Positions 41,876-51,515 are shown, numbered from the stretch's first letter. The stretch is DNA of 64,000 nt from an uncultured Alphaproteobacteria bacterium (GCA_963779855.1 CAWAAE010000006.1:288963-352962), one strand, 5' to 3'. Numbers and translations: made by a program. The notes: a model not told the origin generated them from the sequence alone.

Positions 41876-42724
41876 CTACACCCCAATATTATCAATCAGC
41901 CGCGTCCTCCCGATGCGCGCCGCAACCAGGAGCCGGATCGGCTCGCCCATGGCAGCGGCAGCGGCAACGGGCGCCAGCGTCTCGGCGTTGCGCGCTTCGA
42001 GGTAATCGAGCGCAAAACCTGAGCGCGTAATCGCTGAGCGCCCGTTCTCGATCACGGCGGCGAGCGGGCCGCCGGCCGCGATCCTTTCCGCGCAGCCCTT
42101 GAGCACGCTGTAGAGCGCCGGCGCTGTGGCGCGTTCGTCCGGCGTGAGGAAGCGATTGCGCGAGGACAGCGCGAGGCCGTCCGCCTCGCGCACGATCGGC
42201 GCGCCAACGATCCGGGTTTTGAGCCCAAGATCGCGCGCCAGCCGGGTCACCACTTTGAGTTGCTGAAAATCCTTTTCGCCAAATAGCGCGAAGTCCGGCT
42301 CGCATTGGATCAAGAGTTTGGCGACTACAGTCGCCACGCCGGCAAAAAAATGCGGCCGGAAGGCGTCTTCGAGGCCGGCTTTGGCCGGGCCTTCGGGCAC
42401 GATATGCGTGGCAAAACCTTCCGGGTACATCGTTTCGACCGACGGGGCCCAGACGAGATCGGCGTTGCGCTCCGCCAGCGCAGCGAGATCGGCGGACCAG
42501 GTGCGCGGATAGGTGCCGAGGTCTTCGTTGGGCGCAAACTGGGTCGGGTTGACGAAGATCGAGACGATCACCCGGTCGGCGCGGGCTTGCGCGATCCGCA
42601 GCAGCGAAAAATGGCCGGCATGCAGTGCCCCCATGGTCGGGACGAGCGCAATTGTGCCGCGCCGCGCGCGCAATTCGGCGATGGCGCGTTTGAGCTTCGG
42701 CAACGTCCGCAAGGTCCGTAACAT
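41876..42724 (-). CDS. panC: pantoate--beta-alanine ligase
   Basis: [11 protein letters not shown] (HxGH) and the overall PanC pattern. ATG 42724 gives about 282 aa. Confidence 0.92.
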   Translation of the reverse strand: MLRTLRTLPKLKRAIAELRARRGTIALVPTMGALHAGHFSLLRIAQARADRVIVSIFVNPTQFAPNEDLGTYPRTWSADLAALAERNADLVWAPSVETMYPEGFATHIVPEGPAKAGLEDAFRPHFFAGVATVVAKLLIQCEPDFALFGEKDFQQLKVVTRLARDLGLKTRIVGAPIVREADGLALSSRNRFLTPDERATAPALYSVLKGCAERIAAGGPLAAVIENGRSAITRSGFALDYLEARNAETLAPVAAAAAMGEPIRLLVAARIGRTRLIDNIGV

Positions 42725-42813
42725 GACGCGCGGGTGATGCTTCGATGTCTTGGAAGCCATCTTCATCGTTGCAGCGCGGGCACACCCGTTGCGTTTCGGC
42801 GATGCGCCGCGCG

Positions 42814-42826
42814 GTTAATGATTAAC
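42814..42826. promoter_or_regulatory. perfect 13-bp palindrome GTTAATGATTAAC in the panC-mipZ divergent intergenic region (candidate operator)
   Basis: Read directly from the sequence. No binding factor is assigned. Confidence 0.2.
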
Positions 42827-42905
42827 TTCGGCAAGCCGATGCTGTATCTTGACCGGGCGCGTTGCAACCCGGAGAAGTCTAGGCAACGCAAGGGTCGCGT
42901 ATCCC

Positions 42906-43829
42906 ATGTTGATGCAGGCTGATGTCGGCAGGCCGTTCTCGGCGCATGTCATCGTCCTTGGCAATGAAAAAGGCGGCTCCGGCAAGTCGACCACGGCCAT
43001 GCATGTCGCCGTCGCGCTGCTGCAGGCCGGCCAACGCGTCGCCACGATAGATCTCGATTCGCGGCAGAAAAGCTTCACCCATTACGTCGAAAACCGGCGC
43101 GACTGGGCGCAGCGCTCAGGCATAAAACTCGAAATCCCCGTGCATTATTGCGTCGCGCGCGGTTTCGGCGTGCGGCTCGACGAAATAGAAGCGCAGGAAT
43201 TCGCGGCCTTTGCCGAGGCGATCAGCGCGGTCGAGCAAAGCCACGATTTTGTCGTGATCGATACGCCGGGAAGCAATTCATACCTGATGCGGCTCGCCCA
43301 TTCGATGGCGGATACGCTGATCACCCCGCTCAACGACAGCTTCGTCGATTTCGACGTGCTCGGCACGATCGACCAGACCACGTTCGCGGTCGCCGGCGTC
43401 AGCCATTATTCCGAGATGGTGCGCGAGGCGAGGCGCCAGCGCCGCCTGGTCGATGGCGGCCTCACCGACTGGATCGTGGTGCGCAACCGGCTCTCGACGC
43501 TAGGCTCACGCAATAGGCGGCTGGTCGGGGAGGGGGTCGAGGGGCTCGCCAAGCAGCTCGGCTTCCGTGCCGCCGATGGCTTTGCCGAACGCGTGGTTTA
43601 TCGCGAATTCTTCCCGCGCGGCCTCACTGCGCTCGATGACCTCACCGAGGATACGCTGGGTTTGCGTCCCGGCACGTCGCATGTGACGGCCCGCGACGAG
43701 GTGAAGCTTCTGATCGACGCGCTCCGGCTGCCGATCGACGAACGCGGCAAGCGCCGCGCCGCGGCCCGGGCCGAATGGATCGCCGCCGTCGGAAAGCCGC
43801 TCGAAACCCACGATCTTTTGGCCGATTGA
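42906..43829 (+). CDS. mipZ: division-plane positioning ATPase MipZ (ParA/MinD superfamily)
   Basis: Deviant Walker A GNEKGGSGKSTTAMH and about 300 aa. It is divergent from panC, as in Caulobacter and relatives. Confidence 0.85.
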   Translation: MLMQADVGRPFSAHVIVLGNEKGGSGKSTTAMHVAVALLQAGQRVATIDLDSRQKSFTHYVENRRDWAQRSGIKLEIPVHYCVARGFGVRLDEIEAQEFAAFAEAISAVEQSHDFVVIDTPGSNSYLMRLAHSMADTLITPLNDSFVDFDVLGTIDQTTFAVAGVSHYSEMVREARRQRRLVDGGLTDWIVVRNRLSTLGSRNRRLVGEGVEGLAKQLGFRAADGFAERVVYREFFPRGLTALDDLTEDTLGLRPGTSHVTARDEVKLLIDALRLPIDERGKRRAAARAEWIAAVGKPLETHDLLAD

Positions 43830-43889
43830 CGGCCATTGCGCGCCTTGACGCTCCGCGCCACCTTATGGCGGAAGTCTGAGGTCGCCTCG

Positions 43890-44645
43890 ATGAGCAAAGA
43901 CCCGTCCGACCGCGCGCCGGCGCCAACTCGCAATCCCACTTCGGGGCCGAGCGAGGCTCCGGCCGCGTCCGCGCGCGCGGACATCGAAGAGTTTCTGCAT
44001 CGCGTCAAAGCGCTCGGCCCGGCGGCGGTCGCGACCGGCCGGCGCGGCCGCCTTATTTTCGCGCTCGATGCCACGATGAGCCGGCAGCCGACCTGGGACA
44101 GCGCCTGCCGGTTGCAGGCCGACATGTTTCGCGAGGCTGCCGCCACGGGCGGTCTCGACATCCAGCTCATCTATTATCGCGGACTGGCGGAGTGCCGCGC
44201 CTCACCTTGGGTCGCCGACGCGGGGCGTCTCGGCGCGTTGATGTCGCGCATCGATTGCCGCGGCGGCCATACCCAGATCGGCAAAGTGCTCGCCCATGCG
44301 CGGCGTGAAAACGACAGCGGCAAGGTCGCGGTATTGGTTTTTATCGGCGATGCCATGGAGGAATCGCTCGACGAGTTATGCGCCGCCGCCGGTGCCTTGG
44401 GCTTGCGCAACGTCAAGGCCTTCATGTTCCAGGAGGGTAACGATGCGGTCTGCGAGCAGGCGTTCCGCGAAATCGCGCGCCTTACCGGCGGAGCTTTTTG
44501 CCGCTTCGCGCCCGGCGCCGCGCACGAATTGGCGGAACTGTTGCGCGCGGCGGCGGCCTATGCCGCAGGCGGCATGAAGGCGCTCGCCGATCTCAAGGCG
44601 CGGCAGAGCGCCGGCGCGATCCGGCTGCTCGAGCAACTGAAATAG
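43890..44645 (+). CDS. VWA-like domain protein (hypothetical)
   Basis: LIFALDATMS (DxTxS MIDAS-like) is followed by an alpha/beta pattern ...VLVFIGDAMEE. Confidence 0.6.
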   Translation: MSKDPSDRAPAPTRNPTSGPSEAPAASARADIEEFLHRVKALGPAAVATGRRGRLIFALDATMSRQPTWDSACRLQADMFREAAATGGLDIQLIYYRGLAECRASPWVADAGRLGALMSRIDCRGGHTQIGKVLAHARRENDSGKVAVLVFIGDAMEESLDELCAAAGALGLRNVKAFMFQEGNDAVCEQAFREIARLTGGAFCRFAPGAAHELAELLRAAAAYAAGGMKALADLKARQSAGAIRLLEQLK

Positions 44646-44695
44646 CCAACTTCCAACGCACCCGACTTCTAACGAGCTCATGTTCTAACAACCCC

Positions 44696-45403
44696 ATGCC
44701 CGAAATTCTTCTCGGCGTCGTCGTTCTTGTCCTCGGCTTGTGGGCGGTCAACGCATTTTCCAAGGCCGATCCCAAACAGGCCGCGCGGGTGTTGCGCGCG
44801 ATCGGCGGCGGCGCGGCGCTGATTTTCGCCGGATTTCTTCTGCTGCGCGGCGAAATCGGCGTCGCCGTGCCGGTCGGGCTGTTCGGCCTCGGCTTGCTCG
44901 GATGGGTGTCGTTGTGGCCGGCGACGTTCGGCGCGCGCACGCAGAAAAGCACGGGTCAGGCCTCGCAGGTGCGCACGACATTCCTCGAAATGGAGCTCGA
45001 CCACGATAGCGGCGCCATGCATGGCCGCGTTCTCAAGGGCCGGCTTGAAGGCGCGGCGCTCGATAGTCTCGACTGCGCGGCGCTCGTTGCGCTCTTGGGC
45101 GAAATCGACGCCGACAGCCAAAACTTACTTGCAGCTTATCTTGACCGCCGGGAGCCCGGCTGGCGTGAGCACGCGCAAGGCGATGCGGCAGCGGGCGGCG
45201 GGCGGCGGCCGTCGTCCGGAGGCAAAATGACTGAAGAGGAAGCCTATCAGATCCTTGGCATTCAGCCCGGGGCGAGCGCGGAGGACATCAGTCGCGCCCA
45301 CCGTTCCCTCATGAAGAAATTGCATCCCGACCAAGGGGGGACGACGTATCTTGCGGCCCGCATCAATGAGGCCAAGGACGTTCTTATTCGCCGCCATCGC
45401 TGA
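44696..45403 (+). CDS. membrane-anchored J-domain protein
   Basis: Three N-terminal hydrophobic segments and a C-terminal J domain EEAYQILGIQPGASAEDISRAHRSLMKKLHPDQGG (HPD motif). Confidence 0.75.
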   Translation: MPEILLGVVVLVLGLWAVNAFSKADPKQAARVLRAIGGGAALIFAGFLLLRGEIGVAVPVGLFGLGLLGWVSLWPATFGARTQKSTGQASQVRTTFLEMELDHDSGAMHGRVLKGRLEGAALDSLDCAALVALLGEIDADSQNLLAAYLDRREPGWREHAQGDAAAGGGRRPSSGGKMTEEEAYQILGIQPGASAEDISRAHRSLMKKLHPDQGGTTYLAARINEAKDVLIRRHR

Positions 45404-45487
45404 GGTACTCCGTACCAACCTCGCGTGGCCTTCCAACTCTGACTGACGGTCCCCGTCCCGTTATTCCGGGATCTGGCTTGTTCGTTG

Positions 45488-45536
45488 GAGCATGATCTTT
45501 TCGGGAAACCGGTTCCCGCGTTTCCGGATCATCCTC
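45488..45536. repeat. 49-bp palindromic intergenic repeat, copy C (inverted orientation)
   Basis: The reverse complement matches copy A at 41/49 positions by hand alignment. It overlaps the stop codon of the SPOR gene. Confidence 0.75.
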
Positions 45537-46365
45537 AGTCTTTCAGCGCCATGCACGGGAAGTCGCTGCGCTTGAGCTGCCGGCAGGCGGCTTCGGCGGT
45601 CGCTTTATCGAAGCCGGCGAAGCGGGCGCGATACATCGCTTTGTCGCCCTTTTGGATGCGCTCGGTGAATGGATCCTTTGCTGCGAGCGCGGCATGCATT
45701 TTGAGCTGCGCGTCGCTCAAGTGCTGCTTTGCATCATTCTCGTCGTCGAAGGCGCCGATCTGGATCAGCCATCCGCCATGCGCGTGAACCGGCTCGGAAG
45801 GAATGGCGGAATTAATTCTTTCCACCTCGGCGACCTCAGCCCGGTCCGGTTCGACCGGCAAAGCTTCGATTTGGGCGCGCGCGATTTGGGCGGTTGCGAT
45901 TTGGGCGGGTGCGGCAACGACAGCGGCGGGTTTGGCCGGCGCGGGAGGCGCGGCAATGACCGTGGCGGGTTTGGGAGACGCGGGGGACGTGGCAACGACA
46001 GCGGCGGGTTTGGGCGGCGCGGGCGGCGCGGCTTGCGACTGGGGCGTGGCGGCTTTGATATCCACGATGGGCGCGGCGGACGCGACCACGGTCTGCCGCT
46101 GATCGCTCGCCGCGGCAGGCGGCTGCGCAGCGGCGCTCGGCCGGGACGACACTGCCTGCGGCGCAGGGGGCGCGATCGGCACCAGCATCGGCATAGGCGC
46201 AAGCGACGCCGTCTGCACCGGCACGGTCCGGTAGGAAATTGTTTTCACCAATACCGGCTTGATCGGATCGCTGGAACCCGCCGCCGCAACATGCGTGTTG
46301 ACGCTTGCGGTCGACGTCGGCTCAGCGTGCGACACCGTCGGTGTGGCTGTCATTGCCGATGTCAT
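45535..46365 (-). CDS. SPOR domain-containing protein
   Basis: C-terminal GGWLIQIGAFDDENDAKQHL...YRARFAGFDKATAEAACRQLK is a SPOR fold pattern. The upstream part is Pro/Ala-rich and repetitive. Confidence 0.75.
   Translation of the reverse strand: MTSAMTATPTVSHAEPTSTASVNTHVAAAGSSDPIKPVLVKTISYRTVPVQTASLAPMPMLVPIAPPAPQAVSSRPSAAAQPPAAASDQRQTVVASAAPIVDIKAATPQSQAAPPAPPKPAAVVATSPASPKPATVIAAPPAPAKPAAVVAAPAQIATAQIARAQIEALPVEPDRAEVAEVERINSAIPSEPVHAHGGWLIQIGAFDDENDAKQHLSDAQLKMHAALAAKDPFTERIQKGDKAMYRARFAGFDKATAEAACRQLKRSDFPCMALKD
45867..46032 (-). repeat. in-frame tandem repeats inside the SPOR gene (3 x 15 bp, then 3 x ~40 bp)
   Basis: cgatttgggcg(n4) occurs three times, then cggcaa(c/t)gac..ggcgggtttgg..gcgg units, encoding AQIA and PPAP(A/P)KPAAVVA-type repeats. 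Confidence 0.8.
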
Positions 46366-46405
46366 TGCGGATGCTAGGGGAGATTTGGCGAACGCGACCG
46401 GCTCG

Positions 46406-47353
46406 TCATCGCTGCGCGGAGGCGCCGGCGATCGCGGGCGCGGTGCGATGCAGCGCGGCCTCCTTGATGTGGTCGGCGATCAGCTCGCGCATGCGGGCGT
46501 CGCGTTCGGAGGCCGAAGGGCCGCCCATGACCACGGCGACCAGATAACGTCCGTCGCGATGGAGCGAGGTGAGCAGATTAAAGCCGGAGGCGCGGGTAAA
46601 TCCGGTTTTGATGCCGTCGACGCCGTCGACCTCGCTCGAGAGGTGGTCGTGACTGCGGATCGTTTCGCCGTGAAATTCGAACGCCTGCGTCGAAAAGTAC
46701 TTGTAATAGCGCGGGAAGCGGTCCTGGATCGCACGTCCCAGCAAGGCCTGATCGCGCGCGGTGGTGACCTGATCGTCGTCCGGCAAGCCCGACGCGTTGA
46801 TATAAGTCGTGTGCGCCATGCCCAGCGCGTGGGCCTTTTGCGTCATCAGCTTGGCAAACGCAGCCTCGCTGCCGCCGATGTTTTCGGCAATGACGACGGC
46901 GGCGTCGTTCGCCGATCTGGTGACGATGCCTTTGATCGCGTCCTCGACCGCAATGGTCTGCCCGGGCTTGAGGTCGAGCTTAGTCGGGTCCTGGTCGGAG
47001 GCGTGTTGGGAAACGGCGAGCGGCGTATCGAGCTTGATCTTGCCGGCGTCGAGGCGCTCGAACAGCAGATAGAGCGTCATCACCTTGGTGAGCGAAGCCG
47101 GATGGCGCAATGCGTCGGGATTCGAAGACTGCAGCACCGCGCCGCTATTGCCATCGACCACGATCGAGCGAAAACGGCGGGTCGATACGCTTCGCGCTGG
47201 CATGATGGTGACCCGGCGATGCGCGTAAACGCGGTGATGGCGTCGCGCGACGGCGGTATCGCTGTTGATGGTGAGCGCCGCGGCGATCGCGGCAAGGCCC
47301 AAGAGGCAACACCGAAGCCCGTGGCGGGCTCCGAAACTCACCCACGCCATCAC
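46406..47353 (-). CDS. D-alanyl-D-alanine carboxypeptidase (PBP5/6-type serine hydrolase)
   Basis: Signal peptide, SxxK motif PASLTKVMT and KTG motif IKTGFT. Confidence 0.88.
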   Translation of the reverse strand: MMAWVSFGARHGLRCCLLGLAAIAAALTINSDTAVARRHHRVYAHRRVTIMPARSVSTRRFRSIVVDGNSGAVLQSSNPDALRHPASLTKVMTLYLLFERLDAGKIKLDTPLAVSQHASDQDPTKLDLKPGQTIAVEDAIKGIVTRSANDAAVVIAENIGGSEAAFAKLMTQKAHALGMAHTTYINASGLPDDDQVTTARDQALLGRAIQDRFPRYYKYFSTQAFEFHGETIRSHDHLSSEVDGVDGIKTGFTRASGFNLLTSLHRDGRYLVAVVMGGPSASERDARMRELIADHIKEAALHRTAPAIAGASAQR

Positions 47354-47601
47354 GCACCCCGTCCCTGAACGCGCCTAGCCCCCGAAAGGCCGTCCCTTTT
47401 TGCAGCTTTGGGCGTGTGCTTCCCCCGTGGCGAAGCAGCCGGCTTGCGGCCACTTAAATCCAGCGAAAGAGGCCATTACCCCGACGCAATCGTTACCCGA
47501 ACAACACGGTCAAGCACGTTAGGCGAACGCCGTTGCGAAAGGGTTAAGTCCGCGCAGCGCCGTTATTTCGTGCATTGTGCCGTCAGCCATTGCAGTCTTT
47601 T

Positions 47602-47612
47602 GTGCACTGCAC
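47602..47612. promoter_or_regulatory. GTGCA-C-TGCAC palindrome (TGC-N3-GCA core) upstream of the phasin gene; candidate PhaR-type operator
   Basis: The palindrome is read directly. Further TGC/GCA half-sites lie at 47572-47600. The assignment is an inference. Confidence 0.25.
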
Positions 47613-47719
47613 TATGTTTATATCTTACCGCCCCAAGCGGCCTTTTCATGGCAACGGGTCGCGGCGGGCATGACGCATATCGATAGCGGCCGGTAGGCCC
47701 GCCCACAGGGTTCATCATC

Positions 47720-48052
47720 ATGACAACCGAAGAAATGCAGAAGTTCGGCAAGGACAGCATGGAGACAATGATGTCTTCGTTCGGCGCATGGACGAAAAAC
47801 GCGCAAGCCATCGCCGTCGAGATCACCGACTATTCGAAGAAGTCGATCGAGGAATCCGCCGCCGCCTGGGAGCGCCTCATCGGCGCGAAGACCATGGAAA
47901 AGGCGATGGAAGTGCAAAGCCAATATCTGAAATCCTCGTACGAGGATTTCGTCGCCGAAGCGACCAAGCTCGGCGAGCTTTATGCCGATTTCGCCAAGGA
48001 GGCCTATAAGCCGTTCGAGGGCGCGCTCGCCAAAGCTTCGGCAATGAAGTGA
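47720..48052 (+). CDS. phasin family protein
   Basis: 110 aa, alpha-helical and Ala/Glu/Lys-rich, with FGKDSMETMMSSFGAW...YLKSSYEDFVAEATKLGELY typical of alphaproteobacterial phasins. Confidence 0.8.
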   Translation: MTTEEMQKFGKDSMETMMSSFGAWTKNAQAIAVEITDYSKKSIEESAAAWERLIGAKTMEKAMEVQSQYLKSSYEDFVAEATKLGELYADFAKEAYKPFEGALAKASAMK

Positions 48053-48069
48053 AGGTTTCGACAATGAAG

Positions 48070-48309
48070 TTACGCCCGCGCCGATCGCGCGGAATTGCTG
48101 CAGGGTCCTACGCTTTGGCGTAGGGCCGACTCGATCGCGGTGGCGATCCGGGCGAGGATTTGCTCGATCCGGCTGACGCGAAAGGCAATGTGTTCGAGCG
48201 CATAGGCCGCGCGCTTGTCGGCCGACGGCATGCTGTTCGCGTCGTAATCCGGCACGAATTCCTGCTCCAGTTCGCGTACGAGTTTCGACCGCCGTGTGAG
48301 GTCGACCAT
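48070..48309 (-). CDS. small hypothetical protein (79 aa)
   Basis: The ATG at 48309 is preceded by a strong SD (CAGGAGGTGACG). I recognise no family. Confidence 0.4.
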   Translation of the reverse strand: MVDLTRRSKLVRELEQEFVPDYDANSMPSADKRAAYALEHIAFRVSRIEQILARIATAIESALRQSVGPCSNSARSARA

Positions 48310-48618
48310 CGTCACCTCCTGTCCCGCCCCGACGCGATAATTATCCGAGTCGGCGGCCGGGACCAATGCGCCGTCAAGATCTTGTCCTAAGCGTCGAACA
48401 CCATATTTCACGCCCTCGTGCCGGCCGGAAGGCGCACGATTGTGACGAGGGCGGCGGCATTGGCGGCGTTTACGCTTCTTCACACGGCTCTATCGATTTG
48501 GCCCGTGAACCGCGCTAACTTTATGCTGGTGTATCGGGATTCCCGAGAGCGACGAGTGTCCGGCGGCCGCCGCCGGCGATTGACCGCCGTATTCGAGCTA
48601 TGGAAGCCAGACGAACCA

Positions 48619-48993
48619 ATGCCGCCGATTGACGCTACCATCACCGTGCCACCGGCCCGCCTGGCGGACGACGATCGCAAGCGCAAAAGCGATGGCGGTC
48701 CCGGCACCGCGGTCATTACCAAGACCAAGCCGCAGACCAAGCGGCCGAACCTTTACCGCGTTCTGCTGCTCAACGACGACTACACGCCGATGGAATTCGT
48801 GGTCCACGTCCTCGAGCGGTTCTTCAACAAGGACCACGAGTCGGCGCATCGGATCATGATGCATGTGCATCAGCATGGCATCGGCGAATGCGGCATCTTC
48901 ACCTACGAGGTGGCGGAAACAAAAGTGACGCAGGTTATGGACTTTGCCCGCAAACATCAGCATCCTTTGCAGTGCATCATGGAGAAGAAGTGA
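48619..48993 (+). CDS. clpS: ATP-dependent Clp protease adaptor ClpS
   Basis: [24 protein letters not shown]...[19 protein letters not shown]. It lies directly upstream of clpA. Confidence 0.9.
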   Translation: MPPIDATITVPPARLADDDRKRKSDGGPGTAVITKTKPQTKRPNLYRVLLLNDDYTPMEFVVHVLERFFNKDHESAHRIMMHVHQHGIGECGIFTYEVAETKVTQVMDFARKHQHPLQCIMEKK

Positions 48994-49033
48994 TTCCGGG
49001 GGAAACATCCAATACAAATGATGAGAAGTTGAA

Positions 49034-51473
49034 ATGCCCACGTTCTCGCGCAGCCTAGAACAGTCGCTTCATCGGGCGCTGGCGCTCGCCAATGAGCGCC
49101 ACCACGAATATGCGACGCTGGAGCATCTGCTGCTGGCGCTGATCGAAGATCAGGACGCCGCGGCGGTCATGCGCGCGTGCAACGTCGATCTGGAAAAACT
49201 GCGCCGCAGTCTGGTCGCCTATCTCGAATCCGAGCTCGACAACCTGGTCACCGACGGGGCGGAGGATTCCAAGCCCACCGCCGGCTTCCAGCGCGTCATT
49301 CAGCGCGCCGTCATCCACGTGCAGTCGTCCGGCCGTGAAGAGGTGACCGGCGCCAACGTGCTCGTCGCGATTTTCGCCGAGCGCGAGAGCCACGCCGCCT
49401 ATTTCCTGCAAGAGCAGGACATGACGCGCTACGACGCCGTCAATTACATCAGCCACGGCATCGCCAAGCGGCCCGGCATGTCGGAGGCGCGCCCGGTGCG
49501 CGGCTCCGACGAGGATGCCGACGCCAAGTCCGGCGACGAGCCGAAGAAGAAGGGCGACGCGCTCGACGCCTATTGCGTCAACCTCAACAAGAAGGCGCGC
49601 GAGGGCAAGATCGATCCGCTGATCGGCCGCGAAGCCGAGATCAACCGCACCATCCAGGTGCTGTGCCGGCGGCAGAAGAACAATCCGCTGTTCGTCGGCG
49701 AGGCCGGCGTCGGCAAGACCGCGATTGCCGAAGGCTTGGCGCGGCGCATCGTCCATGGCGAGGTGCCGGACGTGCTGCGCAACGCGACGGTGTTCGCGCT
49801 CGACATGGGCACGCTGCTTGCCGGCACGCGCTATCGCGGCGACTTCGAGGAGCGGCTCAAGCAGGTCATCAAGGAGCTTGAGGCCTATCCCGGCGCCATC
49901 CTGTTCATCGACGAGATCCACACCGTGATCGGCGCCGGCGCGACCTCCGGCGGCGCGATGGACGCGTCGAACCTGCTCAAGCCGGCATTGGCGTCGGGCA
50001 CGGTGCGCTGCATCGGCTCGACCACCTACAAGGAATACCGGCAGTATTTCGAGAAGGATCGCGCGCTGGTGCGCCGGTTCCAGAAGATCGACGTCAACGA
50101 GCCGACGATCCCGGACGCCATCGAAATCCTCAAAGGGCTGAAGCCCTATTTCGAGGATTATCACAAGCTCAAATACACCAACGAAGCGATCAAGGCGGCG
50201 GTCGAACTGTCGGCGCGCTACATCCATGACCGCAAGCTGCCGGACAAGGCGATCGACGTGATCGACGAATTCGGCGCGGCGCAGATGTTGCTGCCGGAGA
50301 ATAGGCGCAAGCGCACGATCGGGCTCAAGGAGATCGAAACCACGATCGCCACCATGGCCCGCATTCCGCCGAAAGCGGTGTCGAAGGACGACGCCGAGGT
50401 TTTGCGAAACCTGCAAGAGACGCTCAAGCGCGTGGTCTACGGCCAGGACAAGGCGATCGAAGCGCTGTCCGCCTCGATCAAGCTCGCGCGCGCCGGCCTG
50501 CGCGAGCCGGAAAAGCCGATCGGCTGCTACTTGTTCTCGGGACCGACCGGCGTCGGCAAGACCGAGGTGGCGAAGCAGCTTGCGGCGACGCTCGGCGTCG
50601 AGCTGATCCGTTTCGACATGTCGGAATATATGGAGCGCCACACCATATCGCGGCTGATCGGCGCGCCGCCCGGCTATGTCGGCTTCGACCAGGGCGGGCT
50701 CCTCACCGACGGCGTCGATCAGCATCCGCATTGCGTCTTGCTGCTCGACGAGATCGAGAAGGCGCATCCGGATCTGTTCAACGTGCTCTTGCAGATCATG
50801 GATCACGGCAAGCTGACGGACCACAACGGCAAGCAGGTCGACTTCCGCAACGTGATCCTGATCATGACCACCAATGCCGGCGCCAGCCGACATGGCGAAG
50901 GCCGCCTTCGGCTTCACGCGATCAAAGCGCGAGGGCGACGACATGGAGGCGATCACGCGGCTGTTCGCGCCCGAGTTCCGCAACCGGCTCGACGCGATCA
51001 TCACTTTTGCGCATCTATCGCCCGAGATCATCGCCATGGTGGTCGAGAAATTCGTGCTGCAGCTCGAGGCGCAGCTCGCCGATCGCGATGTCACCATCGA
51101 GCTGACCGACGAAGCCACCAAATGGCTGATCGCCAATGGCTATGACGAGCTGATGGGCGCGCGGCCCATGGCGCGGGTGATCCAAGAGCACATCAAGAAG
51201 GCGCTGGCCGACGAGGTGCTGTTCGGCCGCTTGAAGTCGGGCGGCCACGTCCGCGTCGTCGTCGTCACCGACGAGAATGGCAACAGCACGCTCGCTTTCG
51301 AATATCCGGACGGTCCGGTGAAGCCGCGGCCGGAAAAGCTGCCCGAGCCGCGCCGCGCCAAGGCCAAGCGGCGCTCCTCGCCGCGCAAGAAGCCGCCCGG
51401 CTCCGGCGGCCCCGGTGGCGATGAGCCGCCGCGCCGCGGCACGGTGCCGAAAGTGCCGTTGGTCAAAGTCTGA
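49034..51473 (+). CDS. clpA: ATP-dependent Clp protease ATP-binding subunit ClpA, reading frame interrupted once as sequenced
   Basis: Two AAA+ modules ([15 protein letters not shown]; [15 protein letters not shown]). The frame changes after ...[10 protein letters not shown] at ~50885, and the C-terminus continues in ORF 50874-51473 ([10 protein letters not shown]...[11 protein letters not shown]). Confidence 0.9.
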
Positions 51474-51482
51474 TGCAGATAC

Positions 51483-51515
51483 ACCGGCGGGTCATTTTAC
51501 CCGCCGGTTCTTTTG
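51483..51515 (+). terminator. rho-independent terminator after clpA (hairpin shared with the convergent MFS gene end)
   Basis: ACCGGCGGGT-CATTTT-ACCCGCCGGT has a perfect 10-bp stem and is followed by TCTTTTG. Confidence 0.75.

Noticed and set aside
42814-42826. A CtrA box upstream of mipZ.
   Set aside because: The two TTAA half-sites are spaced by 4 nt, not the 7 nt of the TTAA-N7-TTAAC consensus.
49055-51136. A 693-aa ORF on the minus strand, antisense to clpA.
   Set aside because: It is entirely antisense to a gene with unmistakable ClpA motifs. The translation is Arg/Ala/Asp-rich with no recognisable domain. Long antisense ORFs are expected in high-G+C DNA because stop codons are rare.
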